Assembly (NCBI GenBank): GCA_023151275.1
Contig: JAKLJI010000001.1
Location: 146,409 to 210,408 of the forward strand
Direction of reading: 5' to 3'
Source: Bacteroidia bacterium
Lineage (GTDB): Bacteria > Bacteroidota > Bacteroidia > UKL13-3
DNA: 64,000 nt
Shown here one piece after another: positions 38,634 through 48,857 of this stretch. Under the pieces are notes generated by a model that was not told where the DNA came from, did not search any database, and saw only the letters and a list, made by a program, of their open reading frames with translations. A program made the translations under genes and the position numbers. Position 1 is the stretch's first letter; the number at the start of each line of letters is the position of its first letter.

Positions 38634-40051
38634 AGTTTAACCACCGCAATTCCTGCCAATACGCAAACCAAATCAACCAAAAGCATAATGCCCAAAGTGT
38701 ACCTGCTGTTTTTTATTGAAACAGAACCAAAGTACAATGCAACTACATAAAATGTGGTTTCTGCTGCACCCTGAAACAAGCAAGCCAATTGACCGGTCAT
38801 GCTATCTGCTCCATAAGTTTTCATGGCATCCAGCATAAAACCGCGGGAACCACCGGCCGAAAAAGGCCGCATTAAGGCAACAGGAATGGCATTGATGATT
38901 TGACTATCTACGCCAAGTACACCCAAGGCTGAGGTAAATCCATCCAACACAATATGCATCAAACCGGAATTTCTGAAAATGCTTAATGCAACCAACATCG
39001 CAATCATATACGGCATTACCCGCAAACCTGTTGTAAACCCATCTTTGGCACCGTGCACAAAAGAATCAAAAACCGTGGTTTCTTTTGCTTTGAACTCTTT
39101 CTCCTTGTAAATACTATAAGCCACAATGGCAAGAATAATGAAAAGCAAAACCGCATTACTCAGGTTGCCAGTAAAATGAAGTTTTTCAAGTCCGGCGAGT
39201 GAGTTAATATACACCAAAAGCAAGGTTATTACCGCACTTACTCCACCAACAAAAGCAATTACCACCCAATTCAACAAGTTTATTCGCTGACGAATGCTCA
39301 CAAATATCAAAGCTGCCAAGGTTCCAATGAATGAGGTAATAATGGTTGGCAACATAATATCGGCAGGATTTGCGGCATGTTGAGCAGCCCGATATCCGAT
39401 GATGGAAGTTGGAATAAGGGTAAGTCCTGCTGCATGCAAACACAGGAACATGATTTGTGCATTTGAGGCCTTCTCCTTGGTGGGATTCACCTCTTGAAGA
39501 CTTTCCATGGCCTTAAGTCCAAATGGAGTTGCAGCATTATCGAGCCCCAAAAAATTAGCTGCAAAATTCATGGTCATGTATCCATAGGCTGGATGCCCTT
39601 TGGGAATTTCAGGGAAAATTCGGGCAAAAAATGGTGCCATAACTCCCGCAAGCTTTGCGGTTGCATTGGAGTCGCTCAACAAATTCAATAGCCCACAAAA
39701 GAAGGTAAGGTAGCCAATAAGTGGAAGCCAAATATCGATTATGGTGTTTTTGCAGGTTGGGAAAATGCCATCTGCTGCCTGCTTTCCGGCGAAAACTTCA
39801 ACCACGCCTTTATCACTAAGTTTGTAAAGCGAATCGGCTCGGGTAATTCCATCTCGTGATTTTGCAAGTTCGGCTTCAAAAGCAGAATCAGCAAGCATAA
39901 GTCCCGCCTGGTATTGACCCACAGGAACAGGATCGCCTTGTTTGCCATTTACCAAACCATTCAGGGAAAACAGTTTGCCCGTAAAAAGTACCCAAAAAAT
40001 AAACAAGGTACTGCTCACCAACATCCAACTCCAAAACCTGCTTAATGCCAT
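38624..40051 (-). CDS. nucleoside-recognition (Gate) domain membrane protein, SpmA/SpmB-like fusion
   Basis: 475 aa, polytopic, with two Gate-like halves. Confidence 0.55.
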   Translation of the reverse strand: MALSRFWSWMLVSSTLFIFWVLFTGKLFSLNGLVNGKQGDPVPVGQYQAGLMLADSAFEAELAKSRDGITRADSLYKLSDKGVVEVFAGKQAADGIFPTCKNTIIDIWLPLIGYLTFFCGLLNLLSDSNATAKLAGVMAPFFARIFPEIPKGHPAYGYMTMNFAANFLGLDNAATPFGLKAMESLQEVNPTKEKASNAQIMFLCLHAAGLTLIPTSIIGYRAAQHAANPADIMLPTIITSFIGTLAALIFVSIRQRINLLNWVVIAFVGGVSAVITLLLVYINSLAGLEKLHFTGNLSNAVLLFIILAIVAYSIYKEKEFKAKETTVFDSFVHGAKDGFTTGLRVMPYMIAMLVALSIFRNSGLMHIVLDGFTSALGVLGVDSQIINAIPVALMRPFSAGGSRGFMLDAMKTYGADSMTGQLACLFQGAAETTFYVVALYFGSVSIKNSRYTLGIMLLVDLVCVLAGIAVVKLYF

Positions 40052-40149
40052 GAATCTTTTTTCTTCAATGCTACATAATCCGCTTCAGGAAATAAACACC
40101 AAGCCAGAATGGGTTTTCCCCAATTCCGAGGAACCTGTTCATTTCAGGC

Positions 40150-40189
40150 GAAAAAAAAGAGAGTCTGAATCCATCAAACTCTCTTTTTG
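40150..40189. terminator. bidirectional rho-independent terminator flanking the tRNA-Pro 3' end
   Basis: AAAAAAAAGAGAGT-ctgaatccatcaa-ACTCTCTTTTT. Confidence 0.7.
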
Positions 40190-40263
40190 TCGGAATGGCG
40201 AGATTCGAACTCGCGACCCCTTGCACCCCATGCAAGTACGCTACCAGGCTGCGCTACATCCCG
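40190..40263 (-). tRNA. tRNA-Pro (anticodon GGG)
   Basis: Minus-strand read: CGGGATG-TA-GCGC-AGCCTGGTA-GCGT-A-CTTGC-ATGGGGT-GCAAG-GGGTC-GCGAG-TTCGAAT-CTCGC-CATTCCG-A. It folds by hand into a cloverleaf with a 7-bp acceptor stem (one G-U), U8, G18G19, U33, anticodon GGG, G37 and a TTCGAAT T-loop. CCA is not encoded. Confidence 0.85.
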
Positions 40264-40376
40264 AACGGGTGGCAAAAATAAAGGAATTTTCTTTCCGTGA
40301 AAAAGAAATTTGGGGTTCAATTAAGCTTTCAAAAAAGCTGATTCAAAATCAAAAAAACACCCTAAAAACCAACTGA

Positions 40377-41813
40377 TTAATCAACAACAGCAGTTTTAAT
40401 GCTATGCGCCGGAAGCGCAATTTCAAGCTGTTTGCCATGCAAAAACACCTTGCAGGGGAAGTCTTTGTCTGAATCATTCATCAAAACCAGTGCAATAGAG
40501 CCATTTTTGTTTTTAAACGCGGTGGCCAACAAAGCGCTACGGCTTGATGAACAACTGATTCGCTTTGCACCGGGTCGGATGAATTTTGAAAAATGTCCGA
40601 TGTAATAATAGGCATTGGTTAGATTAAGCTCCTGATTTCGGGTATCCACGTGGAGGGGCGCGAAGCAAAAGTTCCCAACATGATTTGGTCCGCCACGTTC
40701 ATCCAAAAACATATTCCAATCGGTCCAAGCGCTTACTCCGCTGTTAAAATCGCGAATCATTTGGCGGGCATAAAACTCGCCCAAGGACCAATCAAGCCTT
40801 CCCTCCCAATTAAACTTCTCTTTGCAACCTTCGGTAAACAAAATGGGCTTATCCGGAAAACGGTCGTTTACCAAATCAATATTATCGTGCATAGGGGTTC
40901 CACCACTCCAGGGCTCGTACCAATGGTAGCCAATTCCCCAAGCATAAGCATTGGCCAGGCTATCTCCAAAAATGGTCATTGCCCGCTGAAAAAGCAGATC
41001 TCGGTTATGATCCCAAACAATAATTTTCTTATCGCCCAAACCTTCCTTTTTTAAGGTGGGACCCAGATGATACTTTAGGAAATCGCGCTCCTCTTCAGCA
41101 GTATAAATGCACGACTCCCAAATCTGGGTAGCCATAGGCTCGTTTTGAATGGTTAAGCCCCAAACAGGAATTCCGGCTTTTTCATAAGCCTTGATGAAGC
41201 GAACAAAATATCGAGCCCAAGCCTCGCGTGCCTCCGGTTTTAATTTTCCGCCATGAAGCATACTGCCATTGGTCTTCATAAAGGCCGGTGGACTCCAAGG
41301 CGAAACGAACAATTTCAAGTTGGGAACTTTGGCAAATGCCTGTTGAATAAGCGGCATTTTAAAGCGCTGATCCGGTGCTATGGAAAAGGTTTTTAAAGCA
41401 TAATCACCTTCCTGAACATAAGTATAGGAACTACTCGAAAAATCGCAACTGTTCATGTTGGTGCGAATGATGGAATAACCCAAGCCTCTGTTCGGATCAA
41501 AAAAGAGTTTCAACAAAGCCTCTTGACTTTCTTTATTCACTTTGAAAAAAGTTTCTGCAGTAGCATCGGTAATTGCGGCACCAATGCCAATCATTTCCTG
41601 ATAATGCTTACTGTCATCAACAAAAACTGCAAGCTCCGTTTCTAAAGGTTGTTGATAGTTTCCAAATGCAAGCGTATCCACCAACTCAAGTCTACTTCCC
41701 AGGTATTTTGAGGTTTCATAAACACGCACCTGCTGGGCATTCAAAACAGGTATGGAAGCCAGTAAAAAAAGAATATTTAAAAAACAGATTCGCTGGAGTT
41801 GATAGCTGATCAT
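40377..41813 (-). CDS. GH30-family glycoside hydrolase (glucosylceramidase/O-glycosyl hydrolase 30)
   Basis: 478 aa. Signal peptide. The GH30 catalytic core includes the acid/base Glu in ...GLTIQNEP. Confidence 0.75.
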   Translation of the reverse strand: MISYQLQRICFLNILFLLASIPVLNAQQVRVYETSKYLGSRLELVDTLAFGNYQQPLETELAVFVDDSKHYQEMIGIGAAITDATAETFFKVNKESQEALLKLFFDPNRGLGYSIIRTNMNSCDFSSSSYTYVQEGDYALKTFSIAPDQRFKMPLIQQAFAKVPNLKLFVSPWSPPAFMKTNGSMLHGGKLKPEAREAWARYFVRFIKAYEKAGIPVWGLTIQNEPMATQIWESCIYTAEEERDFLKYHLGPTLKKEGLGDKKIIVWDHNRDLLFQRAMTIFGDSLANAYAWGIGYHWYEPWSGGTPMHDNIDLVNDRFPDKPILFTEGCKEKFNWEGRLDWSLGEFYARQMIRDFNSGVSAWTDWNMFLDERGGPNHVGNFCFAPLHVDTRNQELNLTNAYYYIGHFSKFIRPGAKRISCSSSRSALLATAFKNKNGSIALVLMNDSDKDFPCKVFLHGKQLEIALPAHSIKTAVVD

Positions 41814-41828
41814 GGCATTCCAATTAGT

Positions 41829-42917
41829 TCAATTCTGAACAAATACAGTTTGGGTTGGATACGCAAATTGACATCCATGGGCCTCAACCAGGGCCATAAT
41901 TTGAAGGTTGAGTTTTTCCTTAATTTCGGCCATGACATCGTAAGAATTGGAGTTCACAAAATAGACCACCAGGATATTCAATGAACTTGAATCAAAATCG
42001 ATGAAGCGAACAGTGATATCGTCCGAAACCAAAGGCCCGGCCTCCGCAATTAGTTGCCTAATTTCATCCCGAAGAGAAAGAATTTGAGAAGCCTGTGTTT
42101 GATAAGTTAATCCAAGTGTAAATTTCACCCGCCTTTGCTGACTTTGGGTAATATTGTTGAGGTTTGAATCAATAATTTTTTTGTTGGGTACGATGAGCAA
42201 ACTCTTTTCAACGGTGCGAATTCGTGTGGTTCGAAAGCCAATTTTCTCAACGGTGCCGCTTATATCCCCCAATTGAATCAATTCACCAATTTGAAAAGGT
42301 TTATCGAGGTAGATGATAAAGGAACCAATGAGGTTTGCCAGGGTGTCTTGAGCTGCCAAGGCAATTGCAAGTCCACCAATTCCCAAACCGGTTATCAAAG
42401 CTGAAATATCCACCTGAAAGGCTTTGCCCAAAACGGCAAAAAAGCAGGCAATGTAAATGAGTACCCGGGTTAATTCTTTCAAGAAGGATGCAAAATCCTT
42501 GCTGATGGAGGCATTCTCCAAATTGTGGTACACATGCTCCATAAAGGAAGTTGCCTTCAAAAAAAGGTCGCCAATTACCACAATGCAGGCAATTATAAAT
42601 GCCGTATGCAAAATCCATCTCACACCAAACTCATCCTTGGTAACCATTTCCCATTCTGCCGGAAAACTGAGGTGGGACAATGAGAAATAAATAGCCAATA
42701 AATTGATTAGGTTGAGAAAAGGGCGATTCAGCAAACGGCTGAACTCCTCGTAAAACTGTTCCTGAGAAACCTTTCTAAAAATGCGATAACTGGCCTTTGA
42801 GGCCAGTTTTGCAAACAGCCCGTTAAACAAGAGCGAGAGTCCTATAACTCCCGCACTTGTTAACCATTTATAAATGGGGTTCCCCAGATAAACATCATTC
42901 AAAAATGCAGTATCCAC
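41829..42917 (-). CDS. MscS-family mechanosensitive ion channel
   Basis: Three to four N-terminal TM helices followed by the conserved MscS beta-domain (GDLIQLGDISGTVEKIGFRTTRIRTVEKSLLIVPNKKI). Confidence 0.8.
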   Translation of the reverse strand: MDTAFLNDVYLGNPIYKWLTSAGVIGLSLLFNGLFAKLASKASYRIFRKVSQEQFYEEFSRLLNRPFLNLINLLAIYFSLSHLSFPAEWEMVTKDEFGVRWILHTAFIIACIVVIGDLFLKATSFMEHVYHNLENASISKDFASFLKELTRVLIYIACFFAVLGKAFQVDISALITGLGIGGLAIALAAQDTLANLIGSFIIYLDKPFQIGELIQLGDISGTVEKIGFRTTRIRTVEKSLLIVPNKKIIDSNLNNITQSQQRRVKFTLGLTYQTQASQILSLRDEIRQLIAEAGPLVSDDITVRFIDFDSSSLNILVVYFVNSNSYDVMAEIKEKLNLQIMALVEAHGCQFAYPTQTVFVQN

Positions 42918-42934
42918 CCCGTGAAATTACAAAC

Positions 42935-45900
42935 TTATTCTTTCACAACCTTGAAAACGCGGGTATTTCCGGAATTAGTTAGCTTAACAAAGTAAACGCC
43001 TGCTTGCAATCCGGCAGGAACCTGAACTTTTGCCTCTCCATCTGCGGCAACTTCGGTGGAGAAAACAAGGCGCCCTCCGAGATCAACTAATTCAACCTGT
43101 TGTAGACCTTTCACATGCTGGATGGTGAAGGAATTTTTGAATGGATTTGGACCAACAGCCAAATCAATTTCTTGCTCAGCTTTGCTCAAACGAATGGTAT
43201 TGCTGTATTCAAATGAACCATCACGATCAACCATTTTCAAGCGATAGTAGGCAAAATGCTGATTTGCAAAAACACCCTGATCTACCAGCAGGTAATTCCG
43301 AAGTGATTTTGAGTTTCCAGCCGCAGCCAATTTTCCAACCTGGGCAAATGAAACGCCGTCAAAAGCTCGTTCCAACTCAAAATGCGATGAATTTTCTTCA
43401 CTTGCAGTTTGCCACATTAACACAGCGTCAGCATCGGAAACATATCCTTTAAAAGAGTTCAAATCAACAGGCAGAGGATTATTTCCATCGGTTCCGGTGA
43501 AAACAGAATAGGTATTCATGAACGGAGCATAGAGGAAGTTCTGATTAGAATCTACTGTACTTGAAAATCCGCCATAAGTAACCCATGGACTATTGGGTGA
43601 ATTTTGTGCCAGCTTAGCAACCGATTCAGAAGGTGTTGAACCAATCCAATTGTCCTTGTAGTAGTAGTACATATCAAACAGGTAAAAACCTGATGGAGCT
43701 GTTAAACTTACATAGCTATTGAAACGAGCGTCTATTGGACTTGTAAATGGAGGAACTCTTCCACTATACTGTCGAACCAATAAGCTTGAAGGAGGTGTTG
43801 AACTTGCATCATGAACCACTTTGCAGACGGTATCCGAACCAAATAAAAACACCTGAGTACCACCTGCAACAGGAACTGCAGGAACTGCTGTACACAATGG
43901 CGGGGTAGAAGTTGGGTTAAACTCATACGCCCCAATATCGGGGATTCCATCTGCATAGGTCTGTGGTCTTGGATTACCTAAATAGTCAACCTGAACATCC
44001 GATAAATGCTGCGCACGGCCATTCAATGACCAGGATGCTGTATCAGCAGGATTAGGAGCCAAATTGGTTCCACTTAGCAAACCTGGCCTGTATTGGAGCG
44101 AGTTTTGCTCAAAATTGGTAACCGCTGATTTAAATGCCTGGAGCGAAGTATATGTATTGGCAGGTGTTCCACGTTGCACCCAATTTGCAGTACCTGAGGT
44201 AAAAATTACGTTGTAATCACTGCTACCATAAAGCGGATTATAATGGTACAAGCAAGCCCCGCTAGTTAGATTCACAAAAACATTATTTCGAATTTTGTTG
44301 GATGAGGAAACAGTAGATGTATAGTAAAAATAACCTGCGTAACCTGAAGTTGAAGTTGTATTGATAACCGAAGTATTGTTAGCAATTACGCAACCTCCCG
44401 AATAACTGTCGCGGATACCAAAACAGGCAGTTGATGAACCGGAACCTATTCGAACAATGTTATTGGCAACCAACATGTATTTTCCAGCAAATGCATCGCA
44501 ATAATTGGTAAATATTCCATACCCGTTTGCAGTGGTTGTTGAAATCGAATTCCGGGTTACCTCAAACGTGCTATCCACATAGTAAGCATACAATCCATAA
44601 AAAGTGGTATAGGCAGAAGTTGTTGAGAGCACATTGTTCCTGAAGGTTTGATTGGCCATGTAATAAAGGTATACGCCCATGTAATACTGGTTGAGGAATG
44701 TATTGCTATCGATGATGTTGACATTGGATAGATTATTAGTTGCAGTTCCACGGAAATAAATTGCATAGGAACCTCCAGTAAAGGTATTCCTAACAAAAGA
44801 AACGTTACCTCCGGTATTCGACATTGCATATACCAAAGCCATATTGGTTGATGTAGTAGTTACAATATTGGCTGTGAGTTTACACTCGCGAATAGAAGTA
44901 TAACCGGAGCTCATTCCAATATCAAAAACATACCCATAGGAAGTTCCAAGTGCACGCAAACTTAATCGGTTAAAATCAACATATCTGGCTCCTGTTAATT
45001 TCACCACATAGTTATCGCCAACCAAAGTTGAATTGTATTGAATAATTACGGAATCGACATGATTTGCAAGCGAAGAGAAAGTAATTCTATTTTGCTCGGA
45101 AGCACCAACTATGGCAGGAAGAATAAACTGCTCGGAATAGGTGCCTGTTTTTATCTTAATATTCACAATACTGTCAACTCCTCTAAGGGCCAAAGCATTT
45201 GCAGCATCGGCAATAGTTAGGAAATCCGAAGGAGCAGGACCTACAATATAGGTGCCCTTCATAGGAGTTGGTAAAATTAGCAAAACGGTATCATTTGTGA
45301 GATTGCTGTCTAGAGAGCTGTTCGGACCACTGGTGAAAATTTTCATGGTATTTACAGTTCCTGAGGCAATGGTGATTTGGCCTGTTCCAGAAAAAACAAC
45401 CGAACTCGTATCGCAAGTTGCGAGACTCCCTGTCCATACCTGGCTTACCGGCACTCCATTATTGAAAATGTACCCTACAGTAACCGAATTCAACGTATTT
45501 GCACCATAATTGGCAAAACGAATACGCACATCCTGAGAACCGGGTTGAATTGGCGCCACCGGCTCCAGCACTTGCAATGGCGCAGCATCATCAATTACAG
45601 TCTTCACCTCGTAAGCGCCCAGATCGGGCAGTGCGTTGCGTTGAACACCTGTGATATCCATGGGAACCGAACTGAGTGAATCTCCATTTAAGCAAGCATT
45701 CTTAGACAACAACAGGGTATCTGACACAAATCTTGGGTCTTGAACAATTGAATTCAGATTACTTCCTAATGCCCCAACAAATCCTCTTCCACTGAACCAG
45801 GAATTGATATACACAAAGGTTCCTGAAGTATCCGGTCTGTAAAAATTATTGTAGTTGAATTCCGCTGCCGAGGTAAAGGTATTGCCTGAAAAATAACCTG

Positions 45901-48772
45901 GGGTGCTTAAAGAACCTGCTTTTGAAACTACAAAGTGATTGTTTCTCATGCGCGCGCCTGTGTTCGAAACAAAGTATAATGCACCAGTAGTATTGGAGGT
46001 TCCCAAGTAAGTGTTCAAAACTGAATTGTGGTAGAAGTTTGTATTGGAGGTTCCATAAATATACATGCCATAAGGATTGGCATATTGATAACCTACAGTT
46101 ACTGCATTGTTTTCTACCCTACCCCTATTGTTAGCGTTGGCTTTGGTATTGTATAGGTACAAACCCATATAGCCCGCATCTATTATTCGATTTCCACTAA
46201 CAACCAGCATATCTCCTGATGAGGTTGTTGCATCGTGGCTTTGAATTTGAAGTCCATAGCTGGAGGTATTCTCTTTACGCATGCGAACGAAGTTGTTTGA
46301 AACATCCAAACTGCTAGTACCTGCTGTCATAATCCCCACGTAATAGGGGTTGATAATGGTATTGTTCCTTATTTTGATTGCCTCTGATGGCGCTCCATAA
46401 GTGTAGTAGTAGGAATAAAAATACGAGTATTGAGAAATGCCCGAATAGCCATTAATAATGGTATTTGAATCTACTTCAATGCTATCAAGCACATAGGTAT
46501 CATAATAATAAGCCGAATTATTTGCGCCCGACATTACAATTCCCATAAATACATCTGAGCTTGATGTGGCTGCCGTTGAACTCGAAATATCAACTGTACA
46601 GTTTTTGATTTGAATGGCCCTTAGTCCTGTTTTTGAAATATGGATTCCCCAACCAAAATTGGGATTGGCAGCACGAATGGTCAAGCTATCAATCCTTAAA
46701 TAACTAGCCCCGATTTTTATTGTATGTCTTTCGGAAGTAGTGGCGTTGCTATTCTGGATGATACACGTGTTACGGTTTTTTCCTACCAGAGTTATTGTAT
46801 TGGTTGCTGATGCTCCCATAATGGAATTTTCAATGCTTATCCGGTCTGAATAAGTTCCAGGGTTCACTTCAAACCGAACAGGACCGGTCATCCCTGCTGC
46901 TTGCAGTGCATTAAAAGCGTCGCTGGGCTTTGCAAAATCCGGATTAGAACCACCTATTTGATAGGTTCCTGAAAGTGGAAGATAAACATCAAACATCAGG
47001 GTATCATCGGAACGGTCGGCATCCACAACAGCGTTTGGTAAACCACTATACACTTTGAAATTATTGATAGCTCCAATGGTTGGTTGCTGAGATCCCGTAA
47101 AGGAAACTGTAACGGTATCGCATGGAGCCAAGGTTCCCAGCCAATTGTACACCTGAGGAGTTCCGTTGTTATGGATATAAGAAACACTGAATGAGGTTAT
47201 CGCATTGCTACCGTTATTCCTTAAAAACACATTGAAATCTTGCGCACCTGCACTAACTGGCGGTGTTAAACTTGAAACCCTTACCAGTGCCAAATTATTG
47301 GTAATGGCAGTTTTTTCAAAGGCCCCAATTACCGGATTTGTAGCCGAGCGAGAATTCCCAAAATAATCGCTGGTAATGTAGGAAATGGGTGTTCCCTGAA
47401 AACATGGATTGTTGGTTAAAAATAACGTGTCATTTACAAAGCCAGGATTTCCATAAGTTGAAAAGGTATTGAAGCCAAGGGCGCCTTTGAAATTTCCTGA
47501 ATTCAAGTTTGAACCCACATAAATCAAAGAACCGTTAGAAGTATCAGGCCTATAAAACACATTAAAATCCAGTGTATCAAAAATAGAAGCAGCGGAGGCA
47601 TATAAGGGTAATGCTTGTGAGACCATCTTCTCCGAACAAATATTATTCCTGAAACTAATACCGGTTCCGCCTGAGATATAAACGGCACCGTATGTATTGT
47701 TATACCCAGAAATGTCCTTGTGGAATGAATTGTGGCTAATGGCATATTGACTTGAGGATGACAAAAACAAACATCGGCTGTAATCATACTTCATCAATCC
47801 ACCTACCATGTTATTAAATATGAATCCTTTATTTCCGGTTAAGTTGTTTGATGAAACAATATAAATACCGTAATAACCAAAGCCGTGAATCCTATTGTTT
47901 GTAATAATATGTCTATTGACACCGGTACAAGTTGAGTTGGTAAGATACAAACCATAATTGTACTGGTATGAAACCCGAGGAAATATGAAGTTATTGTTCA
48001 CATGAATTCCATTGATATAATTTCCGTAAACCCCATATAAATAGGAGTTGGTGATACGATTGTTTGTAATCCTTAATCCAACATGAAGGTTGGATGAAGC
48101 TCCAGCTGCCACAATACCGTAATAACCCGCATCTATGGAATTGGAGTCAATCTCTGTACCATCAACACGAGTTCCGGTTGTGGCAGCAGTAGCGCTATTA
48201 TTTATTACAACAGCAATATAGTTCGATGATGTGCTTGTGGCACCGGTACCTGTAATCCGTATAGAACAGTTTTTGATTCTGTTATTATTCGCATTCAAGC
48301 CCATAATATGAACTACCCAAGCATGGGTAGATCCTGTTCCAACAATCGACATATCTCTAAACGTAACATTTGTGGCCAGGTTAAATTTTAACGTATGCCT
48401 ATTGTTCGCGTCTGATGTTGCAAATGTTAATGTTGTGTTGCTTCGGCCTGCACCCCTGAAGGTTACCGTATTGGTTGTTGATGCGCCGGTAATGGCTGGT
48501 ATGGTAATTTGTTCTGTGTAGGTTCCAGCAGAAATCCAAAACGTTACCGGACCATTTACGCCTACAGTACCCGAGTTGGCTGGTCCACCATCATTACGAG
48601 CACTGGTGCTGGTCATGAAGGTTACTGCAGACCGGATGTCTTTGAAGTTTGTGGTTGTGGCAGTTCCTGCTGGATTGATGGTGTAACTTCCACTTAACTG
48701 CGCTGCTTTTAGTCCCCCGAAAGCAAAAAGAAAGAGAAACAACAAAACAGGTACGCGTAGATTTATTTTCAT
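42935..48772 (-). CDS. giant (1945 aa) right-handed beta-helix repeat adhesin-like protein with T9SS type A C-terminal sorting domain
   Basis: Signal peptide. Three tandem modules of roughly 600 aa each start with G(S/T)Y(T/Q)I..GTYSEQ/DRI...GAS..N.(I/V)TF. Each has NN(R/F)I / N.(V/I)..N beta-helix rungs and ends in a ..NFYRPDTSG..DP(G/R)FV region plus an Ig/CARDB-like segment. C-terminal Por_Secre_tail (DLAVGPNPFKNSFTIQ...GVYFVKLTNSGNTRVFKVVKE). Confidence 0.8.
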   Translation of the reverse strand: MKINLRVPVLLFLFLFAFGGLKAAQLSGSYTINPAGTATTTNFKDIRSAVTFMTSTSARNDGGPANSGTVGVNGPVTFWISAGTYTEQITIPAITGASTTNTVTFRGAGRSNTTLTFATSDANNRHTLKFNLATNVTFRDMSIVGTGSTHAWVVHIMGLNANNNRIKNCSIRITGTGATSTSSNYIAVVINNSATAATTGTRVDGTEIDSNSIDAGYYGIVAAGASSNLHVGLRITNNRITNSYLYGVYGNYINGIHVNNNFIFPRVSYQYNYGLYLTNSTCTGVNRHIITNNRIHGFGYYGIYIVSSNNLTGNKGFIFNNMVGGLMKYDYSRCLFLSSSSQYAISHNSFHKDISGYNNTYGAVYISGGTGISFRNNICSEKMVSQALPLYASAASIFDTLDFNVFYRPDTSNGSLIYVGSNLNSGNFKGALGFNTFSTYGNPGFVNDTLFLTNNPCFQGTPISYITSDYFGNSRSATNPVIGAFEKTAITNNLALVRVSSLTPPVSAGAQDFNVFLRNNGSNAITSFSVSYIHNNGTPQVYNWLGTLAPCDTVTVSFTGSQQPTIGAINNFKVYSGLPNAVVDADRSDDTLMFDVYLPLSGTYQIGGSNPDFAKPSDAFNALQAAGMTGPVRFEVNPGTYSDRISIENSIMGASATNTITLVGKNRNTCIIQNSNATTSERHTIKIGASYLRIDSLTIRAANPNFGWGIHISKTGLRAIQIKNCTVDISSSTAATSSSDVFMGIVMSGANNSAYYYDTYVLDSIEVDSNTIINGYSGISQYSYFYSYYYTYGAPSEAIKIRNNTIINPYYVGIMTAGTSSLDVSNNFVRMRKENTSSYGLQIQSHDATTSSGDMLVVSGNRIIDAGYMGLYLYNTKANANNRGRVENNAVTVGYQYANPYGMYIYGTSNTNFYHNSVLNTYLGTSNTTGALYFVSNTGARMRNNHFVVSKAGSLSTPGYFSGNTFTSAAEFNYNNFYRPDTSGTFVYINSWFSGRGFVGALGSNLNSIVQDPRFVSDTLLLSKNACLNGDSLSSVPMDITGVQRNALPDLGAYEVKTVIDDAAPLQVLEPVAPIQPGSQDVRIRFANYGANTLNSVTVGYIFNNGVPVSQVWTGSLATCDTSSVVFSGTGQITIASGTVNTMKIFTSGPNSSLDSNLTNDTVLLILPTPMKGTYIVGPAPSDFLTIADAANALALRGVDSIVNIKIKTGTYSEQFILPAIVGASEQNRITFSSLANHVDSVIIQYNSTLVGDNYVVKLTGARYVDFNRLSLRALGTSYGYVFDIGMSSGYTSIRECKLTANIVTTTSTNMALVYAMSNTGGNVSFVRNTFTGGSYAIYFRGTATNNLSNVNIIDSNTFLNQYYMGVYLYYMANQTFRNNVLSTTSAYTTFYGLYAYYVDSTFEVTRNSISTTTANGYGIFTNYCDAFAGKYMLVANNIVRIGSGSSTACFGIRDSYSGGCVIANNTSVINTTSTSGYAGYFYYTSTVSSSNKIRNNVFVNLTSGACLYHYNPLYGSSDYNVIFTSGTANWVQRGTPANTYTSLQAFKSAVTNFEQNSLQYRPGLLSGTNLAPNPADTASWSLNGRAQHLSDVQVDYLGNPRPQTYADGIPDIGAYEFNPTSTPPLCTAVPAVPVAGGTQVFLFGSDTVCKVVHDASSTPPSSLLVRQYSGRVPPFTSPIDARFNSYVSLTAPSGFYLFDMYYYYKDNWIGSTPSESVAKLAQNSPNSPWVTYGGFSSTVDSNQNFLYAPFMNTYSVFTGTDGNNPLPVDLNSFKGYVSDADAVLMWQTASEENSSHFELERAFDGVSFAQVGKLAAAGNSKSLRNYLLVDQGVFANQHFAYYRLKMVDRDGSFEYSNTIRLSKAEQEIDLAVGPNPFKNSFTIQHVKGLQQVELVDLGGRLVFSTEVAADGEAKVQVPAGLQAGVYFVKLTNSGNTRVFKVVKE

Positions 48773-48857
48773 AACTTAAAGGATTTCAAGAAAGTGAAAT
48801 TAACCTTAAATTACGTTAATCCAAAAAATTTACATCTTTTTAGGATTTTTTGAAACT

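Noticed and set aside
40052-40376. Possible integrative element at the tRNA-Pro 3' end
   Set aside because: tRNA 3' ends are common integration sites, but no integrase, direct repeat of the tRNA 3' end or foreign-looking cargo flanks the gene. The neighbours are ordinary housekeeping genes.
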